IMG/VR virus record: IMGVR_UViG_3300011113_000434 | Span: 1 to 54,750 of that record | Length of the DNA stretch: 54,750 nucleotides | Strand: one strand, 5' to 3' | From: a virus | Lineage: Duplodnaviria > Caudoviricetes | Shown here: in pieces, positions 1-8,300 of the stretch | Numbering within the stretch: position 1 is the stretch's first letter | Layout of the letters: each line of letters begins with the position of its first letter | Made by a program: the position numbers and the translations under genes | The notes under the pieces: model-generated | What the model saw: the letters and a program-made list of their open reading frames with translations, nothing else | The model's database searches: none | What the model was told of the DNA's origin: nothing

Positions 1-2
1 TC

Positions 3-101
3 GCCAACGCTAAGGCACAGTATCGCGCCGATCGCATCGCCGCCGCCCGTGATCGCCTGGCAGAGCGCGTTGGGCACTCTGCCCTGGCAGTGCGTTTCTG
101 A
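3..101 (+). CDS. 3' end of a GC-rich hypothetical gene (5' truncated by the window)
   Basis: Open frame ANAKAQYRADRIAAARDRLAERVGHSALAVRF ending in TGA at 99-101. The first 60 nt are 41/60 GC, unlike the AT-rich remainder. Confidence 0.6.
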   Translation, partial: ANAKAQYRADRIAAARDRLAERVGHSALAVRF

Positions 102-301
102 GGCAGTGGCGCCGCCGCCTGTTCGTGCGTGATGGGCAGTGCCCCCCTTATGCGGGGGGTGGCGCGGCGCCGCCGTGTTATAAAAAACGCTAACTACCCT
201 AACCTACAAAGTGTTACGGCAATGCGATAAATTATAACACTCAATATAAAAAAATTTTTCGGTATATAAAAATCTCCCAAACCCTATATAATACCGAAAA
301 A
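102..301. repeat. Cluster of nested and tandem inverted repeats in a non-coding region
   Basis: GGCGCCGC(108-115)/GCGGCGCC(164-171) encloses CCCCCC(142-147)-TTATGC-GGGGGG(154-159). Further pairs are GTGTTATAA(175-183)/TTATAACAC(232-240) and TTTTTCGGTAT(255-265)/ATACCGAAAAA(291-301). Confidence 0.8.
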
Positions 302-320
302 GAAAAAATATATCACTGAG

Positions 321-500
321 ATGAAAAAAAATTCGCCAGAAAATTTTGAAACTCTACAAGTCGATCCTATTTCAGGTGATTACTATCTTGTAATTCCTGA
401 GTGGGTTGCTAACGAACTTTCATGGTACGAAGATACAGAAATCTCCTTTAGTGTTGAGGGTGATGAAGTGATCTTAACCGAACATACAGAAGATTTCTGA
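321..500 (+). CDS. AbrB/MazE/SpoVT-like small DNA-binding protein (59 aa, below the ORF-track cutoff)
   Basis: Hand translation: MKKNSPENFETLQVDPISGDYYLVIPEWVANELSWYEDTEISFSVEGDEVILTEHTEDF*. It has the AbrB pattern of LVIP, a short helix ending in L, then a beta hairpin ending in VIL. Confidence 0.65.
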   Translation: MKKNSPENFETLQVDPISGDYYLVIPEWVANELSWYEDTEISFSVEGDEVILTEHTEDF

Positions 501-504
501 TTCA

Positions 505-533
505 TTGACAACCTCTATATAATATGTTATGAT
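505..533 (+). promoter_or_regulatory. Host sigma70-type (early) promoter with extended -10
   Basis: TTGACA(505-510), 17 nt, TATGAT(528-533), with TGn at 525-527. It lies 23 nt upstream of the ATG at 557. Confidence 0.85.
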
Positions 534-556
534 CTTTGATGTAATTACATTCAATT

Positions 557-1324
557 ATGGCTAAAGGATTTACTGTTAAAGCAAAAACTCCAGTAGTTGC
601 CAAAAATTCCGCCGCAACCGAAGAGTGGGACTATAATCTAGCACGAGAGATGATTCGTGGTAAGTCTATTGTGTTCTGTCTACCAGGGCGCGGTGTTTCT
701 TACACGTATCTGAAGAACTTTGTTCAACTCTGCTTTGATCTTGTACAATCTGGTGCAAGTATTCAGATTTCACAAGATTATTCTTCAATGGTGAACTTTG
801 CACGTTGTAAGTGTCTTGGTGCAAACGTTCTCCGTGGTCCCGATCAAATTCCCTGGGATGGCAAACTACCTTATGATTACCAACTGTGGATTGATAGTGA
901 TATTGTATTCAACACTGAAAAATTCTATCAGCTTGTTCTGATGGATAAGGATATCGCTGCAGGTTGGTATTGCACTGAAGATGGCATGACCACTTCAGTT
1001 GCTCACTGGTTAGAAGAAGATGATTTCCGTAATAATGGTGGCGTGATGAATCACGAAACTCTGGAAAGCATTTCGAAGCGTCGTAAACCATTTACTGTTG
1101 ACTACACTGGATTTGGTTGGCTTCTGATTAAGCATGGTGTCTTTGAACACTCTGAGATGAAGTATCCTTGGTTTGCTCCAAAGATGCAAGTCTTTGAATC
1201 AGGTGAAGTTCAAGATATGTGTGGAGAAGACGTTTCATTCTGTCTTGATGCAAAAGAAGCAGGTTTCGAAATCTGGTGTGATCCTCGCGTTCGCGTTGGT
1301 CACGAGAAGAGTCGCATTATCTGA
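557..1324 (+). CDS. Putative GT-A fold glycosyltransferase-like protein
   Basis: DxD motif in LWIDSDIVF, then TGFGWLLIK, GEDVSFC and C-terminal VGHEK, all typical of GT2/GT-A-like phage proteins. Confidence 0.65.
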   Translation: MAKGFTVKAKTPVVAKNSAATEEWDYNLAREMIRGKSIVFCLPGRGVSYTYLKNFVQLCFDLVQSGASIQISQDYSSMVNFARCKCLGANVLRGPDQIPWDGKLPYDYQLWIDSDIVFNTEKFYQLVLMDKDIAAGWYCTEDGMTTSVAHWLEEDDFRNNGGVMNHETLESISKRRKPFTVDYTGFGWLLIKHGVFEHSEMKYPWFAPKMQVFESGEVQDMCGEDVSFCLDAKEAGFEIWCDPRVRVGHEKSRII

Positions 1325-1328
1325 TCTC

Positions 1329-1496
1329 ATGCATACAGAAGAAAGATATAACATCTATGTGGGAGATGAACGTAAGTTCTCTCATCTCACAGAAGAAGAA
1401 TATTTTTCACTGATGGAGGACCTGGCAATCGAGTATTATGAGACAGGTTCTCCACATCCTAAAAAGATTCGTACTGAAATACTGAGGAATTATTAA
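1329..1496 (+). CDS. Hypothetical protein (55 aa)
   Basis: In-frame ATG at 1329 just after the upstream stop gives MHTEERYNIYVGDERKFSHLTEEEYF...; this is the 3' part of track ORF 1173..1496. Confidence 0.7.
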   Translation: MHTEERYNIYVGDERKFSHLTEEEYFSLMEDLAIEYYETGSPHPKKIRTEILRNY

Positions 1497-1499
1497 ACT

Positions 1500-1655
1500 A
1501 TGGCAGTAAAAGCAAAAGGTGGTCTGAATAAGCGCACTTCTTATATCCCTGGTCCTCCTAAAAAGTCTCGCCAAGGCAATGGTGCAGGAACTAAATATGC
1601 CGCTACGTCTCGCAATGGAGCTAGAAAAAGATATAGAGGGCAAGGTAAAGGATGA
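1500..1655 (+). CDS. Small highly basic Gly/Lys/Arg-rich protein (51 aa)
   Basis: Hand translation: MAVKAKGGLNKRTSYIPGPPKKSRQGNGAGTKYAATSRNGARKRYRGQGKG*. It fills the gap exactly and its stop overlaps the next ATG (ATGA). Confidence 0.8.
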   Translation: MAVKAKGGLNKRTSYIPGPPKKSRQGNGAGTKYAATSRNGARKRYRGQGKG

Positions 1656-2335
1656 TATCCAATGATATGCAGGCGTGGGAAGCATATCCTGAGTATCGGT
1701 GGGTTTTTAATAAACTTGAACTTGCGTTACGTTTAGGTTATCAATGTGGACCTGCCTGTGTATCAATTAAAAAAGCGGGAGATTATATTGTTCGCCCGAT
1801 CTATAATTTGCGCGGTTGTGGAATAGGTGCTAAAAAACTGTTTTTAGATCCTGAAATACACGCCGAAGACATGATTCTTCACAAATTTATTCCACCTGGA
1901 TACTTCTGGTGTGAATATTTTGTGGGGAATCATTTTAGTATTGACTATAAACGTGAAAATAATGTGTGGATTCCATTCAGTGCTATGATTGGAACACATG
2001 AAAATGAAGATAATCTGGTTAAATTTGAAGTTTGGGAGAAAATAGAGATACCAAACCTTGAATTACCTGATTTTATTCAAAAGATTGATGTGGAATATAT
2101 CAATGTCGAGTCAAAAAACGATAAAATATTTGAAATCCACCTAAGACCTGGCAATAAAGAGATCTGGAATCTCCCCATGGGTTCAAAATTACACCCATTA
2201 TGGGAAGATGATGTAGAAAATGACAAAAAATCACTTAAATTTCTTCCAAACACAAGATCTGATCAGCGTTTTTACGCTGCAAATGGATATTTGGCAGATG
2301 TTCGAAGAGGATTTTACGTTGAATTACCGAAATAA
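1652..2335 (+). CDS. Putative ATP-grasp fold protein
   Basis: Motifs in ATP-grasp order: FNK, YIVRPIYNLRGCGIGA (KP..G.G.G-like loop), WCEYFVGNHFSIDY, INVE, IFEIHLRPG (EiNpR-like). Confidence 0.5.
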   Translation: MISNDMQAWEAYPEYRWVFNKLELALRLGYQCGPACVSIKKAGDYIVRPIYNLRGCGIGAKKLFLDPEIHAEDMILHKFIPPGYFWCEYFVGNHFSIDYKRENNVWIPFSAMIGTHENEDNLVKFEVWEKIEIPNLELPDFIQKIDVEYINVESKNDKIFEIHLRPGNKEIWNLPMGSKLHPLWEDDVENDKKSLKFLPNTRSDQRFYAANGYLADVRRGFYVELPK

Positions 2336-2338
2336 ATA
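2331..2338 (+). promoter_or_regulatory. Probable T4-type late promoter
   Basis: AATAAATA immediately upstream of speD. Confidence 0.5.
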
Positions 2339-2374
2339 GATTTTTTACAAAAAACTGAGTTGGAACGCTTTTCG

Positions 2375-2701
2375 ATGGGGAAACACCTGCTGTTAGAGGT
2401 GTATGACGTAAAATTTGATCTTCTAAATGATGTAAAATGTCTTGAAGAAGTGATGATTGGGGGCATTGAACGTGCAAAAATGACAATTTTAGACATTTTT
2501 GCTCATTCTTTCACTCCTCAAGGATGTACAATCGTTGCTGCACTTGCAGAAAGTCATGTTTCTTGCCACACTTGGCCAGAAAATGGGTGCATTGCCATCG
2601 ATGTCTACACTTGTGGTGAAGGAAATCCTCGTTTAATTGCAATTGAGATGCTTAAACATCTAGGTTCGACTAACTATAATATAAGAGAGATATACAGATA
2701 A
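2375..2701 (+). CDS. speD: S-adenosylmethionine decarboxylase proenzyme (pyruvoyl-dependent, short SpeD type)
   Basis: MGKHLLLE start, FTPQG, self-cleavage motif LAE/SHVSCHTWPE and DVYTCG. An alternative TTG start exists at 2360. Confidence 0.92.
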   Translation: MGKHLLLEVYDVKFDLLNDVKCLEEVMIGGIERAKMTILDIFAHSFTPQGCTIVAALAESHVSCHTWPENGCIAIDVYTCGEGNPRLIAIEMLKHLGSTNYNIREIYR

Positions 2702-2763
2702 GTTGCCACCCCAGGGATAGCAACCCCTCTAAAAGTTCTGTTTAACCTTTTTGGAGAAAACAG

Positions 2764-3021
2764 ATGGCAACTAACCCTAATCCCGATAGGGATCGTGAAT
2801 ACATGTACCAGATGTGGGGTACAGATAAATTAGTAACAGATTATACAATAAAAGAAGAACAAAAGAAGAAAGTGATTCAAGAAATTATGCATGATGATAT
2901 TCCACTGACAAAGCATAATTTAACTGAACAATCTAAAATTCATCATCAGATTTGTAATGATGAAGATTATGATGATTGGGAGTATGGAACTGAACCACAT
3001 TACGGAGAATCCTGGAAGTAG
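2764..3021 (+). CDS. Hypothetical acidic protein (85 aa)
   Basis: GGAG Shine-Dalgarno at 2753-2756; the ORF fills the gap before g25. Confidence 0.75.
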   Translation: MATNPNPDRDREYMYQMWGTDKLVTDYTIKEEQKKKVIQEIMHDDIPLTKHNLTEQSKIHHQICNDEDYDDWEYGTEPHYGESWK

Positions 3022-3022
3022 A

Positions 3023-3030
3023 CATAAATA
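3023..3030 (+). promoter_or_regulatory. T4-type late promoter
   Basis: CATAAATA in the intergenic gap before g25. Confidence 0.7.
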
Positions 3031-3054
3031 AATTCAGAAATTTTCGACCAATAA

Positions 3055-3456
3055 ATGGCCGTTCAAAAAATATCCAGGGCATTTAAGGACATAAGTTTAT
3101 CTTTTGAACCACATCCTATTACTAAAGATTTACCTGTTCTTAAAAATGAAGCTGCTATTCGGAGAGCGGTTCGTAATTTAGTGGAAACAATCCCAACAGA
3201 GCGTTTTTTTAATTCTCTGTTGGGATCTGATATACAATCAAGTTTATTTGAATTTGTTGATTATGCATCTGCTTCTGTTATTCGAAATCAAATTCTAACT
3301 ACAATTAGAAATTTTGAAAGAAGAGTAACAGATGTTCAAGTTGAGGTGAATCCATTACCAGATTTAAATACATTTGATGTAACCATAACATTTAGTATTA
3401 TTGGTCAAGATGTTCCAGCACAAACGTTTACATTCATATTAGAGGCAACAAGATAA
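3055..3456 (+). CDS. g25: Baseplate wedge subunit gp25
   Basis: FKDISLSF..HP.T.D...LKNE.AI...V.NL..T...ER.F....G and NFE.RV motifs; sits directly before g6. Confidence 0.93.
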   Translation: MAVQKISRAFKDISLSFEPHPITKDLPVLKNEAAIRRAVRNLVETIPTERFFNSLLGSDIQSSLFEFVDYASASVIRNQILTTIRNFERRVTDVQVEVNPLPDLNTFDVTITFSIIGQDVPAQTFTFILEATR

Positions 3457-3457
3457 A

Positions 3458-5356
3458 ATGCCTTTTACAAAATTTACCAGTTTAGATTTCGATCAGATTA
3501 AAGCATCCATTAAGGATTATCTTCGTGCAAATTCCACATTTACGGACTTTGATTTCGAAGGTTCAAACTTTTCTGTCTTGATTGATACGCTAGCGTATAA
3601 CACATATATTACGGCATTTAACACTAATATGATTGTTAATGAATCCTTCTTGGATTCAGCAACTCTTAGAGAGAATGTAGTTTCTTTAGCAAGAAACATA
3701 GGTTACGTTCCACGCTCTAGAACCGCCGCTAAGGCATCTATCTCCTTTACCTTACCAACACAGAGCTCAAGTCCCACAGCCACTCTACAGGCGGGTCTGG
3801 TGTGTGTTGGTGCAGTAAATGATAGTTCTTACATTTTTTCTATTCCTGAAAATATTACAACAACTATATCTGGTGGAACAGCAACGTTTGGAACCGCATC
3901 AGACCCTATTTACATCTATCAAGGAACATTTCTTAAAAAACAGTTCACGGTTGATGGATCTTTAGATCAAAGATTTATATTAGATAACTCATTCATTGAT
4001 ACTGCTACTCTTATTGTAAAAGTTAAGGGTCCATCAGACTCTGGAGATGGTAGAGAGTATAAACAGGTTGATAATATCTTAAACGTTAAAGCAGACTCTG
4101 AAATTTATTTACTACAAGAAGTTCAGGATGAAAAATATGAACTTCTATTTGGAGATGGAATAATCGGTAAAAAATTAGAGAATGGAAGTATCATCACAGC
4201 AACATATATTGTTACTGATGGAAAGGAAGGTAATGGACCATCTCTATTTTCATTTGCAGGTACATTTAGAGACTCTGTAGATCAGCAATTAATACCATCA
4301 GGATCAATTACGATCAATACAGTTTCTGCTGCATCAAATGGTGGTGATATTGAATCCATTGATTCTGTAAAATATTTTGCTCCTCGTCTTTATTCATCTC
4401 AGTATAGAGCAGTTACTGCTAGAGATTATGAGACTATTGTTCAATCAATCTACCCAAATACCGAATCTGTTTCAGTTGTTGGCGGAGAAGAGTTAACTCC
4501 ACCTAGATTTGGAACAGTTTTAATCAGTATTAAACCAAAGAATGGTGATTACGTTTCAGACTTTGATAAGCAAACTATTTTATCAAAACTAAAACAGTAT
4601 TCCTTAGTTGGGATTAAACAAGAAATCATAGATCTTAAAGTTCTTTATGTTGAACTTGATAGTTATGTTTACTATAACTCTTCGCAAGTTTCCAATGTCA
4701 ATGATCTAAAGACAAAAGTTATTAGTACTCTAACAACATATTCAAGATCTGTAGATGTTAATAAATTTGGTGGAAGATTCAAGTATAGTAAGATTCTTCA
4801 ACTAATTGATAATGCAGATACTGCAATCACATCAAACATTACTAAAATTATTATAAGAAGAAATCTAGTTGCTTCTTTAAATCAATTCGCACAATATGAA
4901 CTTTGCTTCGGTAATGCATTCCATGTTGATCCAAAAGGATATAATATCAAGAGTACAGGATTTACTATTTTTGGAGAAACAAGTACAGTTTACTTAACTG
5001 ATATTCCAAACTCTGATCGTTTAACTGGTATTATTGCTATCGTAACACAAGATATTGGTAGTGATAAAATTAGAGTCGTTAATAATTCGGTTGGAACTGT
5101 TAATTATGTAACTGGAGAGGTCCAACTTACCACAGTTAATATCACATCAACAGTTCTTGAAAATAATATTATTCAAGTTCAAGCATATCCAGAATCTAAT
5201 GATGTTGTTGGTCTTAAGGATCTTTATCTGAGTTTTGACGTCTCTAGTAGCAAGATAAATATGGTTAAAGATACTATTTCTTCAGGTGAACAAATATCTG
5301 GTGTAGGATTTAAAGCGACTTCAAGTTATTCAAACGGAGATCTAAAGAGGCAGTAA
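3458..5356 (+). CDS. g6: Baseplate wedge subunit gp6
   Basis: LDFDQIK..DFDFEGS..LAYNT..ESFLDSA.LRENVVSLA..IGY.PRS, YELLFGDG and RAVTARDY motifs. Confidence 0.95.
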   Translation: MPFTKFTSLDFDQIKASIKDYLRANSTFTDFDFEGSNFSVLIDTLAYNTYITAFNTNMIVNESFLDSATLRENVVSLARNIGYVPRSRTAAKASISFTLPTQSSSPTATLQAGLVCVGAVNDSSYIFSIPENITTTISGGTATFGTASDPIYIYQGTFLKKQFTVDGSLDQRFILDNSFIDTATLIVKVKGPSDSGDGREYKQVDNILNVKADSEIYLLQEVQDEKYELLFGDGIIGKKLENGSIITATYIVTDGKEGNGPSLFSFAGTFRDSVDQQLIPSGSITINTVSAASNGGDIESIDSVKYFAPRLYSSQYRAVTARDYETIVQSIYPNTESVSVVGGEELTPPRFGTVLISIKPKNGDYVSDFDKQTILSKLKQYSLVGIKQEIIDLKVLYVELDSYVYYNSSQVSNVNDLKTKVISTLTTYSRSVDVNKFGGRFKYSKILQLIDNADTAITSNITKIIIRRNLVASLNQFAQYELCFGNAFHVDPKGYNIKSTGFTIFGETSTVYLTDIPNSDRLTGIIAIVTQDIGSDKIRVVNNSVGTVNYVTGEVQLTTVNITSTVLENNIIQVQAYPESNDVVGLKDLYLSFDVSSSKINMVKDTISSGEQISGVGFKATSSYSNGDLKRQ

Positions 5357-5357
5357 T

Positions 5358-8300
5358 ATGATATCAACTGGTTTTGATGCAAGAGTAAAGATAAATCAAA
5401 TAATTGAAAGTCAACTCCCAGAATTTTTACTCTCAGAAAGTCCAAAATCTATTGAATTTTTCAAGCAATATTATATTTCTCAAGAGTTTACTGGTGGTTC
5501 TTATGATATTGCAGAGAATCTAGATCAATATCTAAAGTTAGATAACTTAACCCCAGAAGTTATCACTGCTTCAACGTCTCTATCAAGCAATATTACATCA
5601 AACTCTGGAGTTGTTACAGTAACTTCAACTAAGGGTTTTCCATCTGAGTATGGTTTATTAAAAATTGATGATGAAATAATTACATATACTGGGCTAACTA
5701 CAAATACTTTTACTGGTTGTATTCGTGGATTTTCTGGTATTAGTAGTTATCATTCAGAAACAAATCCAGAAGAACTGGTATTTTCTTCAACAGATGCTGC
5801 TTCACACTCTTCAGGATCAACTGTTGAGAATCTTAGCGTAGCATTTTTAAAAGAATTCTATAAAAAATTAAAGTATTCTTTAACTCCTGGATTAGAAGAT
5901 GAAGACTTTGTCCCCGATTTAAACGTTGGGAACTTTATACGAGAAGCAAGAAGTTTTTATCAAGCAAAAGGAACAGAAGAATCCTTTAGAATCCTGTTTA
6001 ATGTACTTTATGGATATACCCCTAAGGTTATTAATTTAGATAATTTACTACTGAGACCTTCTTCTGCAGCATTTCTTAGAAGAGAAGTAATTATTGCAGA
6101 AAAGATTAGTGGAAATCCAAATAATCTTATCGGACAAACGATATACAAATCAACAGATTTAAAAACAAAAGCATCTGTTTCTAACGTTGAGATCTTAACA
6201 AGAGGTCAGAAAACTTATTATAGATTAGATCTATTTGTTGGATTTAGCGATGCTGATGTTGTTGAAGGAAACTTTACTATCTCTCCAAAAAGTAGAGTAA
6301 TTGATTCAGTCTCAATTGGTTCATCTGTAATTACAGTAGATTCAACAATTGGATTTGATCAATCTGGAACTGTAATTTGTGGTAATAATACCATTACATA
6401 TTTGGATAAAACCATTAATCAGTTCTTAGGTTGTAGTGGAGTTGATTTTGCTATCTCTCCAGCAACAGATATTAGATCTGATGAAGTTTACTATGGATAT
6501 GAAGATGGAGATATTAATGCAAAATCTGAAATAAGAATTACTGGAGTTCTATCAGATTTTACGGAATTGAATAATATTGAGGAAGTTATTGTTGGGGAAA
6601 AAATACTAGTAAAGAATCTTGGAGAATCCATTAGCAATCCAGATTCAGCAAATCAGTCATATAAGCAACTATTTGCAAATTCTTGGATTTATAATACTAG
6701 TTCTAGATTTAATATTCTCAATATCTCTGGATCTACATTTACTCTAGGAACTGAAATTGATGACTCTAGTTTAAAAGTCGGAGATCATGTTGACATTTTA
6801 ATCAGAAATACTCAGACAATAGTAGTCTCTGATGCAATAGTAGCAAATATTAATAAATCAAATAAACAAATTATTCTTAATAATATCATTTCATTCTCAC
6901 CAGTATCATCCATTGATTATGATATAAGAAGAAAAATTAATAAGGCTTCTTCAAATGCTGCAGAAATTGAATATGGAAATAATCAAATAGTCTCCGATGT
7001 TCAAAATGTTTATAATGAACTGGATGAATATTTCTATGTTGCATCAAATTCACTACCATCTTATCCAATAGAAATAGAATTTACTGAAGCATCCATATCT
7101 GATGCTATTGGTGGAGGTAGTTTACAAGGTCTTGATGTTAATACTGAAACTTATTCAATCATCTCTTTTGCACAAGCTGTTCCTTTTATCACTGGCGATG
7201 AAGTAGTTTACAGTTCACAAAATAGTGATATTCCTGGTTTAGTTTCTGGTTCAACTTATTTTGTTAAAGTTTTACCGTTAACTAATCAAATTAAATTATA
7301 TGCATCGAGATCATTTATCGAAATTGATGATTATGTGATGTTCTATGAGACCCTCATTGCTGGATCACACACTTTTACATTATCTTCTCAAAAAAATAGA
7401 AAAGTTTTTCCACAAAAATTACTGAGAAAGTTTCCACTTTCGCAAAATATTAAAAATGGAAGTAATGAAAAAACAAATACAGGATCTATTGGTTTACTAG
7501 TTAATGGTGTTGAAATTATTAACTATAAGTCTGATGAAAAAGTTTACTATGGTCCCATCGATAATATTAAAGTTTTCAATCAAGGTGAAAACTATGATGT
7601 CATAAATCCACCAACAATTGAAGTTGCTGCCCCAAGCAGTGGAGTACAAGCTTTAATTAGACCTGTTGTTAGTGGTATTGTAACAGATGTTGTCGTTGAT
7701 CCTCAAGATTTTGATATTGCTGATGTAACATCTGTAACTATAACAGGTGGAAATGGATCTGGTTGTCAACTTCAACCAATTCTAGAAGATAGATATAGAA
7801 CTGTTTCTTTTGATGCAAGAGTAACAACTCAGTCTGGTGGTGTTGATATTAATCAAGAAACAATAACATTCTTAACAAATCATAATTTCAAAAATGGCGA
7901 ACCAATTGTTTATAGCAATAATGGAAACCAGAATCTTGGAGTTGCAACGTATTTTGGTGGAAACTTTGATCAGTCTCGTTATTTGGTAAATGGTGGTACA
8001 TATTATGCAAAATTATTCAGTAATAATACAATTCGTTTACATCCAACATTAACAGATTTTATTTCAGGAATTAATACTGTTGGATTTAGTACAATTAATG
8101 CTGTAGGTATTCATAAATTTAGAACATTTAATTCAAGAAAAACTTTAAGAGCAATTAAAGTATTGAATTCTGGAAGTGGATATGAAAATAGAAAACTATA
8201 TGCAAAACCATCTGCAGTTTCACTAAGTCAAGATTGGATAAGTTTTGATAATCATAATTTTAAAGATGGAGATCTTGTAACTTACTCAACTACTGGATCT

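Noticed and set aside
141-183. C6/G6 hairpin as a simple intrinsic terminator
   Set aside because: No adjacent U-tract on either strand, and it is nested in a larger structure (reported as a finding).
1173-1328. 5' extension of ORF 1173..1496 (and similar extensions at 28212, 38555, 38689, 42066)
   Set aside because: These starts overlap upstream genes; downstream ATGs abutting the previous stop fit better.
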